Made by a program: the position numbers and the translations under genes. A stretch of 32,000 nt of DNA from Candidatus Methylomirabilis oxygeniifera (GTDB lineage Bacteria; Methylomirabilota; Methylomirabilia; Methylomirabilales; Methylomirabilaceae). Of the stretch, positions 17,609 to 25,037 are shown in pieces; position 1 is the stretch's first letter, and each line of letters opens with the position of its first letter. The stretch is taken from positions 630,001 through 662,000 of the forward strand of contig FP565575.1 in the NCBI GenBank assembly GCA_000091165.1, read 5' to 3'. Below the pieces are notes generated by a model. It was not told the DNA's origin. It saw nothing but the letters and a program-made list of their open reading frames with translations, and did not search any database.

Positions 17609-18427
17609 ATGGGTCTTTTCGGACAATTATTTGGCGGGGGAGGTGACAAGCCTGCCGGCAACCTTATCGATGCAGCTAAATATGGAGAGGTAGAAAAAGT
17701 TAAGAGCCTGTTAGCTGAAGGCGCCGACGTGAACGCGAAGGATCTGGATGGGTGGACGGCCCTGATGCGCGCGGCCTGGCGTGGAGATATCGGGATTGCA
17801 GAGCTGCTGCTCAACAAGAGCGCCGACGTGAACGCGGGTGATAAACAGAACTGGACAGCCCTGATGCATGCGTCCGAGAATGGGCATCCGGAGATTGCAA
17901 AGCTGTTGCTCAGTAAGAACGCCGATGTGAATGTCAGGGCGACCAATGGCGCAACGACCCTGATCATCGCGTCTGCCAACGGGCATACCGAGATCGTCAA
18001 ACTTCTGCTCGAGAAGGGGCCCGAAGTGAACGTGCAGGCGAATGATGGCGGGACGGCTCTGATGCGTTCGGCTGCGAACGGGCATACCGAGATCGTCACC
18101 CTGCTGCTCGATAAAGGTGCGGATGTCAACATCAGGGATCGAAAAGGCGAAACGCCGCTGATGCGTACGTCTGCGGAAGGGCAGTTGGGGCTCGTCACGA
18201 TGCTGCTGGAGAAGGGGGCTGATGTGAACGCGCAGGCGATTAAAGGCGAGACCGCCCTGATGTATGCGGCGTGGTATGGGCGTATGGGGGTTGTCAAGCT
18301 GCTACTCAGTCACGGCGCTGATGTGTATCTTAAGGATAGCAACAAAGGTGAGAACGCCAGAGGATATGCGTACGGGAACGGACATGAGGACATCGCCCTG
18401 CTGCTGGAGAAGCACGCGGCGCAGTGA
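17609..18427 (+). CDS. Ankyrin-repeat protein, array member 6
   Basis: MGLFGQLFGGGGDKPAGNLIDAAKYGEVEKVKSLLAEGADVNAKDLDG. Start at 17609 by alignment with paralogs and the aaaggagg RBS. Confidence 0.92.
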   Translation: MGLFGQLFGGGGDKPAGNLIDAAKYGEVEKVKSLLAEGADVNAKDLDGWTALMRAAWRGDIGIAELLLNKSADVNAGDKQNWTALMHASENGHPEIAKLLLSKNADVNVRATNGATTLIIASANGHTEIVKLLLEKGPEVNVQANDGGTALMRSAANGHTEIVTLLLDKGADVNIRDRKGETPLMRTSAEGQLGLVTMLLEKGADVNAQAIKGETALMYAAWYGRMGVVKLLLSHGADVYLKDSNKGENARGYAYGNGHEDIALLLEKHAAQ

Positions 18428-18857
18428 GACGACGCTGCAGAATGTCACATATAGCCCCCTCTATCGAGAGCCTGTTCCGGACTCAACCTGGGGGGTGAGC
18501 GTGGGTTTTCCCTTGAACTCAGCGTAATCTCTCTGATAAGTGTGTCAGCCATTTCTGCCACCATCTCCCGCTTGATGCCCTCTTCGGTTCTGGCGTCGTG
18601 AAATACCAGAGAGGGCCGAGCCGGGTGCGACGCACGCGGTCATGTCGCGCATCGCGCTCAAGGGGTTCCCGGAAAGACCGGGCAGGAGGAAACCGTGGTT
18701 GCACCTGGGCTGGATACGTTCCGGGTGGCCCGCTTCAAAGTCGCGCCTGAAGCGAGGGGCCGGCTCCGCCTTCTCGATCACACGGGTTCCGTCCTCTGCC
18801 TCTCGCACATCGGCCCGCGCGGTGACGGCGCGCGCCGGACGCGCCGGAGTGCGGGAC

Positions 18858-20855
18858 ATGTCTGAGGATCTTAGCCCGAAGTATCAGATCACCACCCCGG
18901 ACGATGCCTACTGGCGCCAACAGATCAAGTGCCAGGACGCCTGCCCCGTACACACGGATGCCCGCGGCTACGTGAACGCGATCGCCGACGGCGATCCCGA
19001 GCGCGCGTACATCATTGCCCGCGAGCCGAATCCTTTCGCCTCGATTTGCGGCCGGGTGTGCGCCGCGCCCTGCGAAGCCGCCTGCCGCCGGGGCGATCTT
19101 GACGCGCCTATCGCCATCCGCGCCCTTAAGCGCTTCGTGACCGAGCGCTACGGCGTGGAGGCCCCGCTGCGGGCCGACCGGGCCCGCCCGTCGATCGAGG
19201 CGACGGGTCTCCACCTGGTGGAGGCAAGCCCGATCGTCCGGGAGATCCGAAACGTCGAGGACGCCACCGCCCTGCGGCGGGTCGGCCTGGCCGAGCACGC
19301 GGGGACGGGCAAGCGCGTGGCCGTGGTCGGCTCCGGCGTGGCGGGCCTGACCTGCGCGCACGACCTGGCCCTGCTCGGGTATCGGGTGACGGTCTTCGAG
19401 AAGCAGACGGTCCCTGGCGGGATGCTCATGCTCGGCGTCCCCGAGTACCGCCTCCCCCGGGACCTGGTGCGGGCAGAGATCCAGGCCATCCTCGACCTGG
19501 GCGTGGAGCTGAAGACGAACGCAGCCATCGGGCGGGACTTCGCGCTGGCCGACCTGCGGGCCCAGGGCTTTGAGGCAACGTTCCTGGCCATCGGGTGTCA
19601 CAAGGCGCGTGGGCTCCCGATCGAGGGAACCGAACTGGACGGCGTCTTCCGGGCGGTGGAGTTCCTCCTCAATATCAACCTCGGCTTCAAGGTCGACCTG
19701 GGCCGGCGCGTGATCGTGGTGGGCGGCGGGGACGTGGCGATGGACGCGGCCCGCACTGCCGCCCGCGAGATGGCCGGGGTGGATCCCGTCGCGGCCATGC
19801 GCGAGGCCATGGACGTCGCCCGCGAGGCAGTCCGCGCGGGCGCCCGCGAGGTGCGGGTCGTCTGTCTCGAGTCCTGGGACGAGATGCCGGCCCAGCGCTT
19901 CGAGATCGAGGAGGCCCTGGCGGAGGGGCTCGCTATCTTCCCGCGCCTCGGACCGAAGCGCATTGTGGGTCAGGAGGGCAGGGCGGTCGGCCTGGAGACG
20001 ATCCGCGTGAGCCGCGTCTTCGACGAGCAGCGACGCTTCAGCCCCCGGTTCGTGGAAGGGACGGAGCAGGTGATGGCCGCCGACTCGATCATCCTGGCTA
20101 TCGGGCAGGCGCCGGACCTGGCGTTCCTCGGTCCAGAGGATGGCGTTGCGATCACCCCCCGCCAGACGATCCAGGTAGACTCGGCCACGCTGGCTACCAC
20201 CGCGCCCGGGGTGTACGCCGGCGGCGATGTGGCGTTCGGCCCGCGCATTTTCATCGAGGGTGTCGCCAACGGGCACCGCGCAGCCCGCTCCATCCACGAA
20301 TATCTGAGCGACCGGCGCTTTGCCCTCTCGACCAGGGCGGAGTGGGTCCGCCTCGATCACGACCGCCAGGTCCTGCAGGGAGAGGCCGGAACCGAGCCGG
20401 CCTTGCCGCGCGTGTATCCCGGCTATCGGGCGACGCCGCGCCGCGAGCCGCCTGGACTGCCCATCGACCGGCGCATCGGAATCGCCGAAGTGGAACTGAA
20501 GTACCCGGACACCCAGGCCCAGGCCCAGGCCCAGCGCTGCGTCCGGTGCGGGATCCACACGATCTTCGACGGCACAACGTGTATCCTGTGCGGCGGGTGC
20601 GTGGATGTCTGCCCCGAGTACTGCCTGCGTATGGTTCCCATCGACCAACTCGCCGGCGACGATGCCGTGACGTCCCTCGTTGAATCGCTCACCGGTTCCC
20701 CGCAATCCGCAACCCCCGTCGCGGCCTCAGCCGCCACCGCGATGCTCATGGATGCGACCCGCTGTATCCGCTGCGCCCTGTGCGCGATGCGGTGTCCCAC
20801 GGGCGCCATCAGCATGGAGGCGTTTCGCTATGTCGAAACCTGGGTCCTCGCCTGA
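18858..20855 (+). CDS. Fe-S/FAD pyridine-nucleotide oxidoreductase, glutamate synthase small subunit (GltD)-like, with extra C-terminal 4Fe-4S ferredoxin domain
   Basis: MSEDLSPKYQ..., CQDACPVHTDARGYV and CGRVCAAPCEAACRR cluster motifs, VAVVGSGVAGLTCAHDLALLGYRVTVFE FAD site, RVIVVGGGDVAMDAARTA NAD(P) site, CILCGGCVDVCPEYC and CIRCALCAMRCPTGA. Start at 18858 preferred to the track start at 18642. Confidence 0.9.
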   Translation: MSEDLSPKYQITTPDDAYWRQQIKCQDACPVHTDARGYVNAIADGDPERAYIIAREPNPFASICGRVCAAPCEAACRRGDLDAPIAIRALKRFVTERYGVEAPLRADRARPSIEATGLHLVEASPIVREIRNVEDATALRRVGLAEHAGTGKRVAVVGSGVAGLTCAHDLALLGYRVTVFEKQTVPGGMLMLGVPEYRLPRDLVRAEIQAILDLGVELKTNAAIGRDFALADLRAQGFEATFLAIGCHKARGLPIEGTELDGVFRAVEFLLNINLGFKVDLGRRVIVVGGGDVAMDAARTAAREMAGVDPVAAMREAMDVAREAVRAGAREVRVVCLESWDEMPAQRFEIEEALAEGLAIFPRLGPKRIVGQEGRAVGLETIRVSRVFDEQRRFSPRFVEGTEQVMAADSIILAIGQAPDLAFLGPEDGVAITPRQTIQVDSATLATTAPGVYAGGDVAFGPRIFIEGVANGHRAARSIHEYLSDRRFALSTRAEWVRLDHDRQVLQGEAGTEPALPRVYPGYRATPRREPPGLPIDRRIGIAEVELKYPDTQAQAQAQRCVRCGIHTIFDGTTCILCGGCVDVCPEYCLRMVPIDQLAGDDAVTSLVESLTGSPQSATPVAASAATAMLMDATRCIRCALCAMRCPTGAISMEAFRYVETWVLA

Positions 20856-21348
20856 GTCGATCGACAACAGTCCGGACAAGGGACGGATCTCGCGCCGCGT
20901 CCTGCTGGGGACAGGCTGGTGCGGGTTCCTGCTCTCCATCGTGGGCCCCGCCCTGGCCAACATCCGCTTCCTCTTCCCCAACGTCGTGTACGAGGGCCCC
21001 ACACTGCTCAAGGTAGGACGCCCGGAGGACTACGCGTCGGGAACGATCACGTTCCTGGATGAGCAACGGCTCTTCATCATGCGGGACCCCGAGGGGCTCC
21101 GGGCGCTGTCGGCCATCTGCACGCACCTGCGGTGCACCACCGGACCCTTTGTGCCGCCGACCGCCGAGTGGAAGGAGGCCCACTCGCGCTGCCCGTGCCA
21201 TGGCAGCATCTTTGCTAAGGACGGCCGGGTCCTCCAGGGACCGGCCCCACGGCCCCTCGATTTCTATCGGGTCAGCCTCGCCCCGGATGGCCGCCTCGTG
21301 GTCGACACGGCTGCCGTCGTAGACAAGGGGGATGTCCTGAAGGTGTAG
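20830..21348 (+). CDS. Rieske [2Fe-2S] protein of a bc-type complex
   Basis: [26 protein letters not shown] signal/anchor, CTHLRC...CPCHGS Rieske motif. Overlaps the end of the upstream flavoprotein gene. Confidence 0.93.
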   Translation: MSKPGSSPESIDNSPDKGRISRRVLLGTGWCGFLLSIVGPALANIRFLFPNVVYEGPTLLKVGRPEDYASGTITFLDEQRLFIMRDPEGLRALSAICTHLRCTTGPFVPPTAEWKEAHSRCPCHGSIFAKDGRVLQGPAPRPLDFYRVSLAPDGRLVVDTAAVVDKGDVLKV

Positions 21349-21452
21349 GCAAGAGGCCGAAGGCAAGTGCGAGGCCATCATCGCTTCGGCTGATCGCCGT
21401 CGGGAGACGGCTCCTGCCCGGACCACTGGAAGCCCAGGTGTGCTTGGGAGCC

Positions 21453-22934
21453 ATGATGACAGACGGACGGACGAGCGGGATCATCAATCGCGTGACTGCG
21501 AGCCGGCTGTGGAAGTCGGTCTTTCGGCACGGCTATCCGGCCACGGATCTGGACCGGATGTCCGCCATGTTTACCAACTTCTTCCTCCACCTCCTCCCGG
21601 CCAAGGTCCATCCGAACAGCCTGCGCCTTACCTACACCTGGGCCCTGGGGATGGTCACCTTCTACCTCATGGTCATCCAGTTCGTGACCGGCTTCCTCCT
21701 GATGTTCTTTTACATCCCGGTCACGGACCTGGCCTACCACAACATGAAGGATCTCCAGTTCGCCGTCTCCTTCGGCCTCCTCCTCCGCAACATGCACCGC
21801 TGGGCGGCCCACGGAATGGTGGCGCTGGTGTTCCTCCACATGGGCCGCGTCTTCTACACAGCCTCGTATCGCCCGCCCCGCGAGTTCAACTGGACCATGG
21901 GCGTTCTCCTCTGGCTGGTGACGCTGTTCCTCAGTTTCACGGGGTACCTCCTCCCGTGGGATCAGCTTGCCTTCTGGGCCATCACGGTGGGTACGAGCAT
22001 TGCCGGCTACCCGCCCTGGATCGGGGAGACCATCCGGACGCTGATGCTCGGCGGCCATCAGGTCGGGCAGGGCGCCCTGCTGCGCTTCTACGTGCTCCAC
22101 GTTGCGATCCTTCCCGCGATGCTCTGCCTCCTGGTGGCGATCCACTTCTGGCGGGTGCGGAAAGACGGCGGCCTCTCTCGGCCGGAGGGCCCGTCGCCCA
22201 AGCGCACCGCCATCCCGGTCGCCGGGGGGCGGTTCGTTCCCGGGCCGCAGAAGACCTATACCCTGATGGAGGTTGTGCGCGGAACCTCGCCGATGGTGGG
22301 GGCGCAGAGGCCGGAGGACGAGGTTCCCGCCTGGCCCCACCTCCTCTTCCGGTTGGTCGTCCTCTTCCAGGTCGTGCTGGGTGTTGTCGTCCTCCTGGCC
22401 ATCGTGTTTGACGCCCCCCTGGAAGAGCTGGCCAACCCCACGCACCCGCCGAACCCGGCCAAGGCGCCCTGGTACTTCCTGGGCCTGCAGGAGTTGGTGA
22501 GCTACTCGGCCCTGGTGGGGGGCGTGGTGATCCCCGGCCTCCTGGTCCTGGGTCTGATGGGTATCCCGTACATCGATCGCACGCGGGAGGGGGAGGGGAT
22601 ATGGTTCACGTCGGCCCTGGGGAAGCGGATCGCGGCATGGTCATTCGTGGGGACGATCCCGTACACCATGGGCCTCCTATTCCTGAACGCTCGCTTCGGC
22701 GTGCGGCAATTCGCCCCCGAGGCCCCGCAGGGGGTCGTGGACCTGCTCAACCCGGCCACGCTGCTCCTGGCTGCCATCGTTGCCTTCTCGGTCATCGTCG
22801 GCTGGCGCACCGGCTCGCGCCGGATGGCGGCCATCGCCCTCTTCTCGGCCTTTGTCTCGGCCTACGTGCTCCTGATGATCATCGGGACGTACTTTCGCGG
22901 TCCCAACTGGGACTGGGCGCTGCCATGGCGTTGA
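21453..22934 (+). CDS. Cytochrome b (b6/subunit IV-like regions in one chain) of a bc-type complex
   Basis: [101 protein letters not shown], and a C-terminal [31 protein letters not shown] region. Confidence 0.93.
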   Translation: MMTDGRTSGIINRVTASRLWKSVFRHGYPATDLDRMSAMFTNFFLHLLPAKVHPNSLRLTYTWALGMVTFYLMVIQFVTGFLLMFFYIPVTDLAYHNMKDLQFAVSFGLLLRNMHRWAAHGMVALVFLHMGRVFYTASYRPPREFNWTMGVLLWLVTLFLSFTGYLLPWDQLAFWAITVGTSIAGYPPWIGETIRTLMLGGHQVGQGALLRFYVLHVAILPAMLCLLVAIHFWRVRKDGGLSRPEGPSPKRTAIPVAGGRFVPGPQKTYTLMEVVRGTSPMVGAQRPEDEVPAWPHLLFRLVVLFQVVLGVVVLLAIVFDAPLEELANPTHPPNPAKAPWYFLGLQELVSYSALVGGVVIPGLLVLGLMGIPYIDRTREGEGIWFTSALGKRIAAWSFVGTIPYTMGLLFLNARFGVRQFAPEAPQGVVDLLNPATLLLAAIVAFSVIVGWRTGSRRMAAIALFSAFVSAYVLLMIIGTYFRGPNWDWALPWR

Positions 22935-22986
22935 AAGCCGGGATTGGGGGTTGGGCGTTGGGGGTTAGCGGGAAGAGAGGCAGGGG

Positions 22987-23778
22987 ATGAGTCGGCGATG
23001 GGTGTGGGCATTCGCTGTGTTGGGCGTCTTCAACGGGCTCCTCTTCCTGGTTGCCCTCTGGCGCGACTATGACCGGGAGTGGAAGCGCTACCAGACGGCC
23101 TTTTTCGCCCTCGAGGGCCGCAAGGCGCGGACGGCCCGGGAGGAAGAGGCCGTGAAGGCCCGCCGGCACGAGTTCATCCAGGTCGCCGTAGCGGGGACGG
23201 CCAGGGTGGACCGGTGCATGATGTGCCACCTCGGCATCGAGGATCAGCGGTTTGCCGACGCGCCGCAGCCGTTCCGGAGCCACCCGGAGATCCCGAGACA
23301 TCCCTTCGAACGCTTCGGGTGTACCGTCTGCCACGGGGGGCAGGACATGGCCACGACGAAGGCCGATGCCCACGGGCGTGTCCCGTTCTGGGAGGAGCCG
23401 CTGCTGGAGGGGGAGTACCGCCAGGCTGCCTGCGGCGGCTGCCACCTCGGCGGCGACGTACCGGGCGCGCCGCTGCTGGCCCAGGGGCGGCAACTCTACC
23501 TCCAGCGGGGCTGCGTCGCGTGTCACCGGATCCGCGGCATGGGCGGGATGGTTGGGCCGGACCTGACGTTCGTGGGGAGCCGCAAGCACGATCCTGAATG
23601 GTACATACGACACTTCAAGGACCCGCAGGCCACGGTGCCCGGCTCGACCATGCCCCCCTTCAAACACCTGCCGGAGGCGGAGCTGAAGGCGTTGACGGTC
23701 TATATGCTGAGTCTGCGCGAGATGCCGTCGGCCCTCCTCCCGGCACCCCGAACGGCGGCAGCCTCAGGAACGCAATAA
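22987..23778 (+). CDS. Membrane-anchored multiheme c-type cytochrome (four CxxCH motifs)
   Basis: N-terminal TM segment VWAFAVLGVFNGLLFLVAL, then CMMCH, CTVCH, CGGCH, CVACH. The last lies in a class-I cyt c-like domain with a downstream TMPPFKHL region. Confidence 0.92.
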   Translation: MSRRWVWAFAVLGVFNGLLFLVALWRDYDREWKRYQTAFFALEGRKARTAREEEAVKARRHEFIQVAVAGTARVDRCMMCHLGIEDQRFADAPQPFRSHPEIPRHPFERFGCTVCHGGQDMATTKADAHGRVPFWEEPLLEGEYRQAACGGCHLGGDVPGAPLLAQGRQLYLQRGCVACHRIRGMGGMVGPDLTFVGSRKHDPEWYIRHFKDPQATVPGSTMPPFKHLPEAELKALTVYMLSLREMPSALLPAPRTAAASGTQ

Positions 23779-23884
23779 CGCAGCGGCAAACGTCCGGCTC
23801 TGTGCGGCCGGCCCTCCGGAAGAACCCTGAAAGAAGGAGGGCGAACCACCCGTCGCCAGGATACGGGCGCCTCACCGTCCATCG

Positions 23885-24145
23885 TGCTTTCTGACTCCAG
23901 GAAGAGATGTGTGGCGATCCGTCATTGTGGTTCCCGTTTCCACAGCCGACTCCCAGGCGCGACGTGGACCGACCGCCGTACCGCTCCCGGCAGGAACAGG
24001 CGGCTTGAAGAAAGATAGCGTCGCGCTTTGCCACCAAGTCACGACACTTGATCGAAGCAAGTTGACCTCGCTCGCCGGGGTACTTCCACCTGAACTCCTC
24101 GCCAAGGTTGGTGACGGTTTAAGAATCGCGCAGGATCTGTCGTAG
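23885..24145 (+). pseudogene. C-terminal fragment of a MazF/PemK-family endoribonuclease toxin
   Basis: GRDVWRSVIVVPVSTADSQARRGPTAVPLPAGTGGLKKDSVALCHQVTTLDRSKLTSLAGVLPPELLAKVGDGLRIAQDLS* matches the C-terminal two-thirds of PemK/MazF. No N-terminal GEIW/RPVLI region is readable in this frame. Confidence 0.65.
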
Positions 24146-24167
24146 CCAATCCCAAGACGATCTCCGG

Positions 24168-24290
24168 TCATACAACGATGTGGGCGAGCCGCCCGAGGCA
24201 GCGCACCCGCCGACCTTCCTGTTCGAGCCGCCGCCAGAGTCGTCCCCCGACATAGCCGGTGGCACCCGTGACGAGAACGAGACCGTTCAT
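24168..24290 (-). pseudogene. Truncated NAD(P)-binding epimerase/NmrA-like N-terminus
   Basis: Manual translation: MNGLVLVTGATGYVGGRLWRRLEQEGRRVRCLGRLAHIVV*. Complete GxTGYxG Rossmann nucleotide-binding motif, then an early stop. Too short for the ORF track. Confidence 0.75.
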
Positions 24291-24472
24291 GCTGATCCCG
24301 TGGACCTCAGAATGTCGTCCTCAGTATCTGTATGCAGGTGACCGCTCGTTGATGCTTAAGGAGGAATCTTACAGCCCGTCGGCCCAATCATGGAGGTAAC
24401 CGGCCTGCGCGGCCTTTTGTGCGGGTCCGTTTGAGCACAGGGTTCGACCGCACGTGCAGGTGGCGCGATAGC

Positions 24473-24748
24473 TTACGCCGGAGAATGATTCTTGAGCCAC
24501 TCGCGTAAAGCGGCATCAACGCGAGTTTGCCAACCCTCTCCACTTTCGCGGAAACGTTCCACCACTTCCCGCGATAACCGAATGGTGATGCGTTCTTTTG
24601 TTGGAGTTTTCTGAGGGCCACGCACACCCAGTTTCTTTCTGAGCGATGCCGGTAATACCTCAGCGGCCGGCTTGAATTTCGTCATATCTTCGGCGGTGAG
24701 TTCACGAACTTCGCCGTCTGCGCTAATCAGTGGCTTGCGGCTTGCCAT
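24473..24748 (-). CDS. brnA: BrnA-type antitoxin
   Basis: 91 aa: KERITIRLSREVVERFRESGEGWQTRVDAALREWLKNH, the BrnA RHH C-terminal pattern. Overlaps the end of the upstream brnT. Confidence 0.85.
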   Translation of the reverse strand: MASRKPLISADGEVRELTAEDMTKFKPAAEVLPASLRKKLGVRGPQKTPTKERITIRLSREVVERFRESGEGWQTRVDAALREWLKNHSPA

Positions 24749-25001
24749 ATCGAATTACCTCTCTTGCGTTGGCCTTACGAAAGCTGATTACCCGGATGCC
24801 GGTTTCAGTTTCGGTGAAACATAGCACATGCAGCCTGCGATCCAGATAACAAAGCGCAATGTAACGGGTTTCGCCGTATGTCTTTCGAGTGTCTGGGAAC
24901 ACCAGCGCAGTATTGAAATCGACCTCCGCGGCTCGCTCGAACGAGAGTTGGCGCTCTTTGATGTTTCTCTCGTTCTTGATCGGATCGAAGTCGACTTTCA
25001 T
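24723..25001 (-). CDS. brnT: BrnT-type ribonuclease toxin
   Basis: 92 aa: FDPIKNERNIKERQLSFERAAEVDFNTALVFPDTRKTYGETRYIALCYLDRRLHVLCFTETETGIRVISFRKANAREVIRY, the BrnT pattern. Toxin-first overlapping operon. Confidence 0.87.
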   Translation of the reverse strand: MKVDFDPIKNERNIKERQLSFERAAEVDFNTALVFPDTRKTYGETRYIALCYLDRRLHVLCFTETETGIRVISFRKANAREVIRYGKPQATD

Positions 25002-25008
25002 GTACTAC

Positions 25009-25037
25009 ATCGTATGCACAAATAAGTGGTACGTCAA
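25009..25037 (-). promoter_or_regulatory. Candidate sigma70-type promoter of brnTA
   Basis: On the minus strand TTGACG - 17 nt - TACGAT just upstream of the brnT ATG. Direct repeats gtatgcaca occur at 25012..25020 and 25045..25053. Confidence 0.6.

Noticed and set aside
17080-18297. 405-aa minus-strand ORF, plus similar long antisense ORFs at 12599..13462, 14524..15375 and 15583..16335
   Set aside because: Antisense to ankyrin genes. The 99-bp unit is a multiple of 3, so one stop-free antisense frame is propagated through every repeat. The readings (AIMILCVYVGAVLEQQLYNPG...) are mirror images of the ankyrin consensus.
12530-18427. Periodic 99-bp repeats considered as a CRISPR array
   Set aside because: Period equals 33 codons in frame, there is no alternation of short identical repeats with unique spacers, and no cas genes. 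They are ankyrin-coding repeats.
18735-20705. 656-aa minus-strand ORF
   Set aside because: Antisense shadow of the GltD-like flavoprotein gene in GC-rich DNA. Its translation (EPAPDAALGLGLGLGVRVLQ...) has no family-like motif whereas the plus strand is unmistakable.
21378-22445. 355-aa minus-strand ORF and the 21440..22411 plus-strand alternate frame
   Set aside because: Overlap the cytochrome b gene. Composition is an artefact of high GC (Pro/Gly/Arg-rich readings).
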